Origin: Cyanobacteria bacterium P01_D01_bin.156
Lineage (GTDB): Bacteria; Cyanobacteriota; Cyanobacteriia; Phormidesmidales; Phormidesmidaceae
Assembly (NCBI GenBank): GCA_039024555.1
Contig: JBCCQQ010000015.1
Span: forward strand, 39,627 to 103,626
DNA: 64,000 bases
Reading direction: 5' to 3'
Shown here: one piece after another, positions 1 through 9,965 of the stretch
Layout: every line of letters starts with the position of its first letter
How positions within the stretch are numbered: the stretch's first letter is position 1
Made by a program: the position numbers and the translations under genes
The notes under the pieces: model-generated
Database searches by the model: none
What the model saw: the letters and a program-made list of their open reading frames with translations, nothing else
What the model was told of the DNA's origin: nothing

Positions 1-2513
1 CTAATGGTGAAGGTTGTTCCCGCTCCTGCCTGGGTATCTACTTTAATTTCACTGCGGATTTTTTCCAGATTGTTGCGGACTACATCCATCCCAATCCCCC
101 GCCCTGAGAGGTCTGTTACCTTGTCTGCTGTGCTAAAGCCGGGTTCAAAAATCATTCCCAGTAATTCACTCTGACTAAGGCTATCCAGGACTTCGTCAGT
201 GAGTCCCAGCTGCTGAGCACGAGCACGAATTTTGTCTAAATTAATGCCAGCACCGTCATCACTGATGGAGATTAAGGTTTGGCTACCCCGGTGCATGGCT
301 CGAATTTCAATGGTGCCCTGGGATGGTTTTCCCTGACTCTGTCGAACTTCTGTTGCCTCAATTCCGTGGTCAAAGGCATTGCGAAGTAGATGCATCAAGG
401 GATCCCTAAGGTGAAGGGCTACAAATCTATCAATTAAGGTAGCCCCACCGGCAATTTTAAGGTTGGCCGTCTTACCATACTGCAGCGATAGTTCTCGGAC
501 AGTTCTGGGAAATCGTTCTACGATATCTGATAGGGGCCGCATTCTAGCCCGAGTAACGTTGATCTGTAGAGATTTTGCCGTGCGATTAAGGTTACCAGAG
601 GCCTGTTTGATCTCTCGCATGTTGAGTTTGACATCACTTGTCACCTCCCTCAACTGCAATAAGGTCTCCCGCTGGTCTTGGGATAATAGGTGAAGATCGC
701 TATAGCGGTCTAGCTCCAGGGTATCAAAGGTATGTTCTGCGGTCGCAGACGTATCGGGCAAGATAGATGGTCGGCTAGACCTTTCTTTTGAGAAAAAGGC
801 TGAGGGTGAATGGAGACTTGCCTCTAATGAGGATACTAGTTTCCCATTGGAGACCTTCTCTAAACTGGGTATGGAGGTATCCACAGATAACTGATCGCAA
901 AATACCTGTAGCTCAGCATTGGTGCTTTCTAAGCTTTCCATCCGTTTGGCAAACAAATTCATCAAATCCTCCATCTGATCCAGACGAGAATTCATTGTGT
1001 TGCGTTGAATAATCAATTCACCAAACAGGTCGTTCAATTGATTGAGCAGCTTGATGGGAACTCGTACGGTGGTGTTTTCCTGCAGTTCTTGAGTCTGCTT
1101 AACCGCTTCTAAAGGTTCAACATGTAGCTCAACAAAATCTTCTAGTTCAGCCTCTGGCTCGGAATGGTCAGGTTGAGGACCCAGTACGAGCTTTTCTGAT
1201 ATGTGTTCCTCGGATTCGTGTGCGATCGCATCCGATAACACAGGCTCCTCCAGCTGAAAATCAGCCGGATCTAAATTCTCAATAGCCGCTTCAAAACCAG
1301 TTAAATTAACATCATCAATAGTCTCTTGCGTAGCAGAATTCTCAACTTCAGCAGTTTTTATCTGTTCCCAATCTAGGTCCGCGTCAGAAAAATTTTCGGG
1401 AGGAAGAATTTCAATGCTTTCAGCAATTGTCAAAGACTCTACAGCATCTTCATCAGACAAAGAACTGGTTTGTTCTTCAACAACCTCGAACTCAGAGACA
1501 GAATCAGCTTCAGCACTCGCTTCTTCAGAGGGCTCAAAAACCAGATGGTTTGCTTCAGATGTTTCCCATACCGGTGTATCCACCCGTTCAGAAGCCACCT
1601 CTTCTTCACCCAGAAACATTGAAAAGTCAGGTATTTCGAATGCTGAATCTTCTGGAGAAGAAAATAGGTTTTCTAGATTATCATCAGTAATCTCAGCCCC
1701 TGTCGTACTGGCTTCAGCTCCATTATCTACCCACTGCTCCAGATTAATCTCCACCTGAGTCGGTAGCTTATCGATTTTTCCGACCATGACTAGCGCTTGG
1801 GAACGTTGCCATAGTTCCAATGCGTGCTGAGCGACAGTGTCAATCTGATTGGGTGCTGCCGCCATCAGCTGTTGATGAATGGATTCACATAGCTTGATAA
1901 AGGCCTCAAGCTGCAACATCCTCCCCAGATCCTGCAGTTCCTCCACCATAATTTCCAACTCTTCTCGCAGACATGGTCGTCCAGGCGTCGTTAACACTAA
2001 ATTGAGACGACCTAACAGCTCCTCCACCTCAGTACTAAACATGACTACTGTGGTGTCATCCTCAGACTCATCAGCCAAAAGGGCTAATTCATCACTGGGC
2101 TGTAAATCTCCCAAACGCTCCCGCAGCTTCTCAAAAATAGGATGGGCCAGTTCTGCCAGCCAACTTTCTGTAATCGGCAGTGCCTGTCGATGCAAAGCAC
2201 TAATTTGACGCAAACTATCAAGACCCTGTAAAAGCAAAATCTCCAGGGCTGCATCAATTTGGAGACGGCTGCGACGAGCTTTAACAATTTTGAGTGAATC
2301 CTCGAAACGATGGGCTAATTGTGACATTGAGGGACACTCAATCATCGAGCCAATGCCCTTGATCGTATGGACAGCTCTAAGCGCCGCATCCAGCTGTTGA
2401 GGATTCACTCCCTTTTCAGAAAGCTCAAGTAAAACGGATTCGATGGTGTTGAGATACTCATCAACTTCATCTAAGAAGTTGAGCCAGACCTCGCGATCTG
2501 CTGCATTAGCCAT
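1..2513 (-). CDS. cheA: CheA-like chemosensory histidine kinase (5' part; continues beyond the left edge)
   Basis: Absent from the ORF track because its stop lies outside the window. Manual translation from ATG 2513 gives MANAADREVWLNFLDEVDEYLNTIES...LRAVHTIKG (Hpt). It is followed by a His-less Hpt-like block, an acidic linker, TVRVPIKLLNQLNDLFGEL, HLLRNAFDHG, ISDDGAGI, FEPGFST and GRGIGMDVV (HATPase). The same frame is open at position 3. Confidence 0.95.
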   Translation of the reverse strand, partial: MANAADREVWLNFLDEVDEYLNTIESVLLELSEKGVNPQQLDAALRAVHTIKGIGSMIECPSMSQLAHRFEDSLKIVKARRSRLQIDAALEILLLQGLDSLRQISALHRQALPITESWLAELAHPIFEKLRERLGDLQPSDELALLADESEDDTTVVMFSTEVEELLGRLNLVLTTPGRPCLREELEIMVEELQDLGRMLQLEAFIKLCESIHQQLMAAAPNQIDTVAQHALELWQRSQALVMVGKIDKLPTQVEINLEQWVDNGAEASTTGAEITDDNLENLFSSPEDSAFEIPDFSMFLGEEEVASERVDTPVWETSEANHLVFEPSEEASAEADSVSEFEVVEEQTSSLSDEDAVESLTIAESIEILPPENFSDADLDWEQIKTAEVENSATQETIDDVNLTGFEAAIENLDPADFQLEEPVLSDAIAHESEEHISEKLVLGPQPDHSEPEAELEDFVELHVEPLEAVKQTQELQENTTVRVPIKLLNQLNDLFGELIIQRNTMNSRLDQMEDLMNLFAKRMESLESTNAELQVFCDQLSVDTSIPSLEKVSNGKLVSSLEASLHSPSAFFSKERSSRPSILPDTSATAEHTFDTLELDRYSDLHLLSQDQRETLLQLREVTSDVKLNMREIKQASGNLNRTAKSLQINVTRARMRPLSDIVERFPRTVRELSLQYGKTANLKIAGGATLIDRFVALHLRDPLMHLLRNAFDHGIEATEVRQSQGKPSQGTIEIRAMHRGSQTLISISDDGAGINLDKIRARAQQLGLTDEVLDSLSQSELLGMIFEPGFSTADKVTDLSGRGIGMDVVRNNLEKIRSEIKVDTQAGAGTTFTI

Positions 2514-2580
2514 GGGTTTTCTTTAGTAGAGCAGAACTAATCGGAAGAGAAAAGAATCAAGGAAGCCAGTGTTACAACAC

Positions 2581-2617
2581 TGATGTCAGAGGCTAGGGGC
2601 CAAAGCCTTTGACATCA
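2581..2617. other. Intergenic stem-loop between mcp and cheA
   Basis: TGATGTCAGAGGCT...AGCCTTTGACATCA is a 13/14 inverted repeat. It may act in mRNA processing, stabilisation or partial termination. Confidence 0.55.
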
Positions 2618-2621
2618 ATGC

Positions 2622-4961
2622 CTACGCGTCTGTTTGGACCTTAAACTGATCGACTGCAGATTCTAGTTCACGGGCAACAGCCACCGTATTTTGCAGGGTA
2701 CCTGCAACCTGACGTGATGAATCTGACGTACGCTTAGATGCTTCTGTAATCTGCTGCATCAGTTGGGTAACCGTTTGAGAAGTCTCAGCCTGGGATACAG
2801 TAGCCTTAGAAATTGACTGTAGAAGTAGATCAATTTGTTGGGATACTTCTACAATTTGCCCTAGTCCCTGCTTAGTTTCCTGTACTAGTTGTGTACCTTC
2901 AACTACCTGGCTTGTACCTCGTTCCATAGCTTCAACCACGTCCCGAGTACCCATCTGGATGTTCTTTACAATCTGCTCAATTTCTTTAGTTGCTGCTGCT
3001 GACTGCTCCGCTAGCTGGCCAACTTCACTCGCAACCACGGCAAAGCCCTGACCCTCTTCCCCAGCATGGGCTGCCTCAATACTGGCATTAACGGCTAGTA
3101 AGTTAGTTTTCATCGCAATCTCATTAATCAGAGAGACTACCTGAGAAATCTGCTGGGAAGCTTCACCTAGTTGTTTTACCTTTTTCCCAGTTTCAGCTAC
3201 GGTAGACCGCAGGTCCAGAATACTTTCTACCGTGCGATCCATTGCACTTCCACTATTTTGGGCTGCATTGGAAGCTAGCTGGGCAACTTCTGCTGCCTGA
3301 CGAGCGTTACTGGCCACTTCCTGAATCGAGTGGGACATTTGCTCAACAGAATTTAGCGTATTGGTAATTTCATCCATTTGCGCCAGCGCCTCATCTGCCA
3401 GCTGTTGAATGGCACCTTCACTCTGGTCAATGGACGTATTTACCTGTCCAGTAGCTTGTTTTACCTGAACAACGATTGAGCGCAAGTTCTCAATAATAGA
3501 GTTAAATACGTCACCCAGAATGCCAATCTCTCCAGCCGTTAGCTCTGTACGTACCGTGAGGTTACCATTGGAGGCTTCTTCCATCTCATTCAGTAGTTGA
3601 ACAAGTTCACGCTGGAGAACTTCACTCCGCTGCCGTTCTTCCTCTGCACGTTCCATCTGGGCTTGGGAGGTAATTTGTTGTTGTACAGATTCTTCCTGCT
3701 TAATCAGCAGGGTTTGGATTTGGCCAGCCATTACGTTAATGTTGGCCCCAAGCTGAGCAATTTCATCTTCACCTTGGGTGTTAATGCGGGCGGCAAAATC
3801 CCCTTGCCCCAGACGTCGTACTGACTGAGTAATCTGTAAAAGTGGTCGTGTTGCCCGGGTGGCGATCAAGGTAGCCACCAGCGCCACCAGTAGGGCAGTA
3901 ACACCAGTACCAATCAGTACTGTAGTTAATAACTGCCGCGATGCTAAAAACGCTGTGGACGTATCGATTAAACTAACTGCACTCCAGCTAAGTTGTGGAT
4001 CATCGGGGTTTGAGATGATTGGGGCATACGCTGTAAGATAGCCCCCTTCGCCAACATTCAGTACTGTATTTTGAGGTTCTCTATCTTCTAACCAGGGAAC
4101 TAAATTAGGCAGTTCGGGTAGGATAGGGTTGATCTCTTCTCCCTCCTCATTGTTGGTCAAAAAGATCTGATTATTCGCATCAATTAGTCCTACTTCAGTA
4201 TTTTCAGGAGCAAATTCACTCACACGACGTTTCAGTTCCTGAACGTCCAATCTTACGCGAACGATGTAGACCATTTCACCCGTTTCTTTATCAAAAATAG
4301 GTGCGGCTCCCACCAATACAAAGTCTAGCCTACCGGCAAAAGGCGCTCTAGGCTGTACCCAGGTAATTTGCTGGGTCTCGGTTACATTTAGAAACCAGTC
4401 GTTCTGACTAACATCTGCTTTAATCGCATCCGGACTTTTGACAGCATAGGTTTTTCCTGTTAAATCCACGACGGCAATGTCATCATAGATGGGGGATGAT
4501 TCATCTAGCTCTCGAAGAAACGTATTCCGTTCTTCTGTTGTCATTGCCTCCCGGACTTCAGGATCTGTAAATGTATTAAGCTGAGAAAAGGTTTTTAGAT
4601 CCTGAAAACGGGAATTCATAAATTCAGCAGCAAAGCTAGCAACGTCATTTGTTGTGGTTTGCTCAGCCTGAGCCGCTTGGGCTCTGACTCGCTGCTCTAC
4701 AAAGAAGTAACCGACGCCGCCCACACCAATAACTGGCAATACCCCTAGGGATAATGCCAAAGCGAGTACTTTATTTCTCAGCTTAAGCCTTTGCCAAAAT
4801 CCTCCTGAAGAGCTTCGACCAGGAATATTTGATATATACTGATTTTCTGTTGCAGGGCGCAAGGTCTTAGCGCCATTAGACTCTAACAGACCTTCAGTTA
4901 AACCGTTATTGCTAGGAGGAATATTATTCAACTGAGTTGGAAATTCTGTATTGGGAGCCAT
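2622..4961 (-). CDS. Methyl-accepting chemotaxis protein (2 TM, Cache-like periplasmic domain, HAMP, signalling domain)
   Basis: Contains the TNLLAVNASIEAAHAGEEGQGFAVVASEV hairpin tip, the HAMP motif DEIAQLGANIN and two hydrophobic helices. Start moved to ATG 4961 (MAPNT) to avoid overlap with cheW. Confidence 0.95.
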   Translation of the reverse strand: MAPNTEFPTQLNNIPPSNNGLTEGLLESNGAKTLRPATENQYISNIPGRSSSGGFWQRLKLRNKVLALALSLGVLPVIGVGGVGYFFVEQRVRAQAAQAEQTTTNDVASFAAEFMNSRFQDLKTFSQLNTFTDPEVREAMTTEERNTFLRELDESSPIYDDIAVVDLTGKTYAVKSPDAIKADVSQNDWFLNVTETQQITWVQPRAPFAGRLDFVLVGAAPIFDKETGEMVYIVRVRLDVQELKRRVSEFAPENTEVGLIDANNQIFLTNNEEGEEINPILPELPNLVPWLEDREPQNTVLNVGEGGYLTAYAPIISNPDDPQLSWSAVSLIDTSTAFLASRQLLTTVLIGTGVTALLVALVATLIATRATRPLLQITQSVRRLGQGDFAARINTQGEDEIAQLGANINVMAGQIQTLLIKQEESVQQQITSQAQMERAEEERQRSEVLQRELVQLLNEMEEASNGNLTVRTELTAGEIGILGDVFNSIIENLRSIVVQVKQATGQVNTSIDQSEGAIQQLADEALAQMDEITNTLNSVEQMSHSIQEVASNARQAAEVAQLASNAAQNSGSAMDRTVESILDLRSTVAETGKKVKQLGEASQQISQVVSLINEIAMKTNLLAVNASIEAAHAGEEGQGFAVVASEVGQLAEQSAAATKEIEQIVKNIQMGTRDVVEAMERGTSQVVEGTQLVQETKQGLGQIVEVSQQIDLLLQSISKATVSQAETSQTVTQLMQQITEASKRTSDSSRQVAGTLQNTVAVARELESAVDQFKVQTDA

Positions 4962-5031
4962 GGTAGTAAGTTTTAGATTAGGAGTGAATAGAAAATAATT
5001 TGAGATAGCTGTAAGCGACCAGACTCTTGGG

Positions 5032-5574
5032 CTAGTCGCTCTGTAAAATTGAAGAATGGGCAATGGCTTTGGCATCCAAGACCAAAAGCATTTCATCCTG
5101 CTGCAGTAAACATCCCTTCAAACAGGGCATAAGGTTCTGAGAAAAACGGCCTCGAGGTTTTTGAATTAAATTGGCAGAGAAGCGAACAACACCTCTAACT
5201 TTAGGCACAATTAGACCTAGAAGAACCTGACTATGAGCAGTTGCCAACAACATGTTTTGTTGGTCCATCACCTGAGGTACCCGAATAATCACAACGTTAT
5301 AAGTTCGAGTATTAGCAGGTAGCGGTGTGGAAAGTAACATATGGGCCAAGTCAACTAACCACATGACCCGACTGCGGCGAGTTGACAATCCCAACACACA
5401 GGGAGGCATATTGGGCATCGGCGTAATCTGTTGCGATGGAACAACAATTACTTCCTGAACCTGACTCATCGAAAACAGTGCAGGGGTTTGCTCATTTAAC
5501 TGAAAGTTTAAACACGTTATCCCAGAAACTACTTCTGGATTTTTGAGTCGGTTGGCAAGAGCTGAGACGTTCAT
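5032..5574 (-). CDS. cheW: CheW-like coupling protein
   Basis: Has the ITPMPNMPPCVLGLSTRRSRVMWLVDL and LLVLD motifs. Its start overlaps the cheY stop by 4 bp. Confidence 0.92.
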   Translation of the reverse strand: MNVSALANRLKNPEVVSGITCLNFQLNEQTPALFSMSQVQEVIVVPSQQITPMPNMPPCVLGLSTRRSRVMWLVDLAHMLLSTPLPANTRTYNVVIIRVPQVMDQQNMLLATAHSQVLLGLIVPKVRGVVRFSANLIQKPRGRFSQNLMPCLKGCLLQQDEMLLVLDAKAIAHSSILQSD

Positions 5575-5936
5575 TGGCTTAAGCTATAGCGCACAGCATT
5601 GACAAGTTGATCTTCTGTAAAGGGTTTTGTGACATACACATTTACCCCTTGTTTCATCGCCCAGAGACGATCAATTTCTCCTGATTTAGACGTACAGGCG
5701 ACAATTGGCACCTTCTGAGTTACCGGGTTTTTCTTCAAATTGCGACACATCTCCAAGCCATTCATTCCAGGCATGACAAGATCGGTAACGATGACATTAG
5801 GCTGATGCTCAACAGCTTTGCTCAAAGCCTCTTTAGCATCGGTCGCTACAATTACTGTATATCCCCCTTTTCTTAGATAACCGCTAATCAGTTCCAATTC
5901 ATTAATAGAGTCATCTACAACCAAAATTTTCGTCAC
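5571..5936 (-). CDS. CheY-like single-domain response regulator
   Basis: Receiver motifs ILVVDDS, TDLVMPGMNG, T-SK and YVTKPF. GTG start. Confidence 0.93.
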   Translation of the reverse strand: MTKILVVDDSINELELISGYLRKGGYTVIVATDAKEALSKAVEHQPNVIVTDLVMPGMNGLEMCRNLKKNPVTQKVPIVACTSKSGEIDRLWAMKQGVNVYVTKPFTEDQLVNAVRYSLSQ

Positions 5937-6043
5937 TTTAAATCACCTCAAATACTCTTCTTCAAATCTTGCTTAGACAAATAACTCTAAAGAACTTTTA
6001 GAGCTAGACAGATCCGTAACAAATGAGTTCCTTTCACATATCC

Positions 6044-7339
6044 TTAGACTAAATTTCTAGATATTGCATCCAACAGACTATCTTTATTGAACGGTTTTTC
6101 TAAATAGTCTGTGGCTCCCACTAACTTAGCTCTGGTTTTATTGATCAGTCCTTTCTTGCCTGTCACCATTACCACGGGAATTTCTTCAAATCCAGGCAAA
6201 CGCCTTAGCATTCTACATAACTCATAGCCACTAATTGTTGGCATGGTTAAATCTAATAAGATAATATCTGGCTTAAGCCTCCTCAGCTGAAACGTCGCCT
6301 TAATCGGCTCTAAAAACTTAAATACCGAAAAGTTTTCCTCCTCTAAAAAACGTTCAATTTGATCTAGGGTATTAGGACTATCATCAACACAGGCAACGAC
6401 AGGACGTGACTTTTGTTGCTGATTTAGAGATACCCTAGGAATAGAGAAAGAACCACCTGAAGAGTCAGGCAGGCTGTCTTCAGAAAATTTTTCTTGGTCA
6501 GCTGGTGAGTCTTCAATGCCAGATAGCCTATCGAAGGGGGGTTCTGGAGCGCGTAAGACAATCGATTGATTATCAATATAAGGGTACAAAAACTTAGCAA
6601 TATCAAGAACATCCTGCTGCAAAATTGCAGCAATATGATGTATGCTATGTCCCCGCAAAATAGTTGCTAACTTATTCTTGAGTCTTGGGGAAACCGCTCC
6701 CGAGTTATGAGTACTAAAGAATGTATCTTGATTAACAATATAGGGACGTTGATGAGAAGACTCAATAACTGGGGAAAGTAGTTTCCACGTCTTTAATCGT
6801 TTTTGAGAGTTTTCGATTACAGTCTTAGGATCAAGTTCACAAAAAACAGGGATTTCAAAAATATCTCGATTAATACGAACTGCTCCACCTGTAAGAGATA
6901 GGAATGATTCTATCGTGTCCTGAGTCAACTGCTTGATCAGTTCTTTAGCATGCCAAGTTTCCAGATACTTTTGCTCTACTAAATAGCAAATAATCTGATA
7001 TTCAAAGTACTGAATTGATTGAATATTGCCAGACTTTATATTTAATAATTCTGCGGAATTTTCTTCAAGCCACATCAATGATTCATGACTGATGAATTTC
7101 ATCTTTAGCTTCAGCCATGCTAGCGAGTAGGCAAGACTCTTTTCAGAACCAAAAGATGCATAGTTAAGCTTGCCATCCTTGAAATATATCCACCAAGATA
7201 GCGATTTAGCGTCTACTTCTAAACAACCGCTGCCATAGGTATGTACAAAACTTGCCAGTAACACCAGAGGCTGAAAGCTTCGGATCGACTTGTTAGTAGT
7301 TGTGGTGCGTGTCCTTTGCAAGCTTTTCATAAAATTCAT
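6044..7339 (-). CDS. PatA-family response regulator (PATAN/DUF4388 plus C-terminal receiver)
   Basis: N-terminal GCLEV...WWIYFKDGKLNYAS and C-terminal VACVDDS...LLDLTMPTISGYELC...YLEKPF. First gene of a cyanobacterial tax-type operon. Start uncertain (7339 or 7330). Confidence 0.88.
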   Translation of the reverse strand: MNFMKSLQRTRTTTTNKSIRSFQPLVLLASFVHTYGSGCLEVDAKSLSWWIYFKDGKLNYASFGSEKSLAYSLAWLKLKMKFISHESLMWLEENSAELLNIKSGNIQSIQYFEYQIICYLVEQKYLETWHAKELIKQLTQDTIESFLSLTGGAVRINRDIFEIPVFCELDPKTVIENSQKRLKTWKLLSPVIESSHQRPYIVNQDTFFSTHNSGAVSPRLKNKLATILRGHSIHHIAAILQQDVLDIAKFLYPYIDNQSIVLRAPEPPFDRLSGIEDSPADQEKFSEDSLPDSSGGSFSIPRVSLNQQQKSRPVVACVDDSPNTLDQIERFLEEENFSVFKFLEPIKATFQLRRLKPDIILLDLTMPTISGYELCRMLRRLPGFEEIPVVMVTGKKGLINKTRAKLVGATDYLEKPFNKDSLLDAISRNLV

Positions 7340-8412
7340 ATCTGTACTACCCCCATCAGCCTTAACTGCCAATTGGCAAATACTTTCAGGGCAAAATCAA
7401 AACAGAAGCAAATACTATCCGCAATCATGTTGTTTACATGAGGATTCCGAGTTCTAATTTTCAGGAACTTTATAGTCTTTTTCAGTTAAACCATAGATAG
7501 AAAACTAATATAAAAAACTCAAAAATAGTCTAAAAAATCGAAAACCATTGAAAAATCTATTTTTTTGGTTGAGTAACGATCATTTTTAAGGTTAAACTTC
7601 AATTAACGTTGAAATTTTAATGCTGAATATATATCGTTCGAAAAGAATACATGAGGCTTTTAACCTCGATTCATCTCGCTATCTACACAAGTATTTTTGA
7701 AAAGCCACTTGTATAAAAGCTTACTTGATCACGTAAAGAGCACCGTTGACGTAACAATCTATTCATAGGTGAGAGCAGTCTCTCCGGTGATATAGATTAG
7801 AAAGTTGCCATTTAATTTAGAAACAGTGGCGATGGCCACGATATGGACTTATTGAAATCTTGTCAATTATTTATAAATGTTGCCCTACCTCTATTTTGAC
7901 TAAAAATCTGGGTTTGAAAGACACTAATGCTTTCCTTGGATTAAGGGGTCCACATTTTACTGTTGTCTTCAAACTCCTAAATTAATGACACCAGCATTCG
8001 CAGGATAACGCATTGAATTGGTAAAGCAGCCCTTCTGCTGGTAGATGTGCCTGTGCTATTGCTAGGGCATCTACCAAGATAATAGTTGTTCTACTGATAA
8101 CACGGTATTACAGGATTTGGCTATTTTCACGGAGACTACAATAGGTTTATGGACACTTCGTACATTTCAGAAAATTTATTACCGCGTGCAAAAATCTCCT
8201 GATCTTAGATCAGAGAACGTGAATCCTTAATATTCTCCATACTCCTGAAGGAGTGTATCAAAGTTGATTAAAGGTGTCAGCTGGTATGAGCTTCTTAAAG
8301 ATTCCTAAGCTTGTGGCTGATCGTAATTTTGTTCGGAAATTTATTTGTATGTTCTATTGTCTTCATAGACGTTACACCTGAAACCATGAAATCCGTCTAT
8401 TGCTGTGTTAAT

Positions 8413-8454
8413 ACCAGAAGGGAGTCGTATCATTTAATACAACTCCCTTCTGGT
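8413..8454. terminator. Strong hairpin downstream of the CBS-CP12 gene
   Basis: ACCAGAAGGGAGTCGTAT-cattta-ATACAACTCCCTTCTGGT forms a 17/18 inverted repeat. Confidence 0.65.
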
Positions 8455-8613
8455 GCTGTAAGTGGTATTTGGTGTGTGGTTGATAATGGGTGGTTGTTGC
8501 TTGATATAACGACCAGCAAATTTTGCTTTTTACAGAAATTTTTCAAAGTACTTTATCAATCAAGTCAATGCTGATTCGATTAATAAGGTGCAGATTGGTT
8601 TAGGTGAGTTAGT

Positions 8614-9165
8614 TTAATTATCTTTGGCAGCTGCTTTTTGGTGAGATGCTGTTGCCTGTAGTTCCTCAACGACATCCCATGCTGCAGCACAGGCCGGTGA
8701 TGTAGCCCCTTGTTCAGCACAAATTTTGCGGGCCTCTTGACGGGCAACATCAATTTCATCCTCGATAAATAGTCGCTTAGGCTTTTCAACAAAATCGCTT
8801 TTGTTGAGGATGTCTGAAATAGAAATGATACCGAGTAGGCGTCCCTGAACTACAGGAGCACGGCGGATTTTGGTGTTGGCGAATAACCGAGCTATGTATT
8901 CTACACCTAAATCTGGTGGCACAACAATGCAAGGCTTAGTCATAATTTCAAAGATACGCATCTGCTTGGGATCGTGGCCATAGGCAGCTACTTTGTAGAC
9001 AATGTCGCTTTCAGTCACCATGCCATAGGGATCATCTTCACTGCGACGTTCAACAATCAGTGCACGTAAGCCTTTATCTTTCATTAGTTCAACGGCCTCA
9101 GCCACAGTCGCTGAACCGCTAATAGTGACCACATTGGCGGTCATAATATCCTTTGCCTGCATCAT
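8614..9165 (-). CDS. CBS-CP12 fusion protein (CBS pair plus N-terminal CP12 region)
   Basis: Two CBS domains, then ARKICAEQGATSPACAAAWDVVEELQA (CP12 N-terminal Cys pair and AWDxVEEL core). The C-terminal Cys pair is missing. Start taken at MMQAKDIM. Confidence 0.9.
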   Translation of the reverse strand: MMQAKDIMTANVVTISGSATVAEAVELMKDKGLRALIVERRSEDDPYGMVTESDIVYKVAAYGHDPKQMRIFEIMTKPCIVVPPDLGVEYIARLFANTKIRRAPVVQGRLLGIISISDILNKSDFVEKPKRLFIEDEIDVARQEARKICAEQGATSPACAAAWDVVEELQATASHQKAAAKDN

Positions 9166-9342
9166 GATTGTTCTGTCCTTGTTTCGAATACGCACCGGTA
9201 AAAGAGATTCTCAAAATTAGAGAGTCCTTATTCTACTTTGTATGTAGGCTCTTATTATATAGTTTGGTCATGTGTAGTTTGAGATTGCACCAATCACAAA
9301 ACTAGGACGATACGAGCTGCCCCCTTTGAGGGGTCGCTCAAC

Positions 9343-9681
9343 CTACACATCGTACTCTCGCTCTTGCAAGACATCAGGATTATCCATATAGGCATCGTAG
9401 CCATAAAAATCTTTCTTAGGCTTTTCAACAAAATTACTCTTGCGAAGAATATCAGAGATAGAAATCACTTCTAGCAAACGGCCTTGGACTACAGGGGCAC
9501 GACGAATTTTAGTACTAGCAAATAGTCGTGCCACATATTCCACACCTAGGTCTGGCGGCACCACTATGCAGGGCTTCGTCATTATTTCGAAAACACGCAT
9601 TTGCTTTGGATCGTGACCATAGGCCGCTACCTTATAGACAACATCGCTTTCGGTCACCATCCCATAGGGATCATCCTCGTT
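9343..9681 (-). pseudogene. 5'-truncated CBS paralogue with a CP12 C-terminal-like tail
   Basis: Near-identical to the neighbouring CBS-CP12 from EDDPYGMVTESD to FVEKPK, but lacks about 40 N-terminal residues and an ATG. Ends YMDNPDVLQEREYDV. Confidence 0.75.
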
Positions 9682-9790
9682 GGGCAACTCGCGTAGAAAA
9701 CTGATTGATGTCTAAAAAGTAACGATCGGCAACAGCACCACAGTGTGGACAGCGAACTTGTTGATGAGAAAGGGGAATAAATTCTGGCAT
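9671..9790 (-). pseudogene. 5' fragment of a small cyanobacterial Zn-ribbon protein (CPxCG family, often auto-annotated 'PriA')
   Basis: Manual translation from ATG 9790 gives MPEFIPLSHQQVRCPHCGAVADRYFLDINQFSTRVAQRG*. The second CxxC is absent and the ORF runs out of frame into the CBS fragment. Confidence 0.6.
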
Positions 9791-9965
9791 GGTGCTTTTA
9801 ACCCATCGCGTTAATTGAGATTATCTTTCTGGTGTAAACAACAGACCACGATGGCGGTTAAGTTTGGTAGGCTACTAGAAATCCTTTAACCCCAAACCCG
9901 ATATGCTGGAGCCAGTGCACCTGTGCCAATATGGCTCTATGCCAACTATTAACTGTGCATTGCCT

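Noticed and set aside
4962..5096. 45-aa N-terminal extension of the MCP in the ORF track
   Set aside because: It overlaps cheW. ATG 4961 is the more plausible start.
7711..7724. GTA-N8-TAC (NtcA-like) site upstream of patA
   Set aside because: There is no TAN3T -10 box at the canonical 22-23 nt spacing on either strand, and the motif is expected by chance in AT-rich DNA.
8311..8574. 87-aa plus-strand ORF
   Set aside because: TTG start, no motifs, and it spans a terminator-like hairpin.
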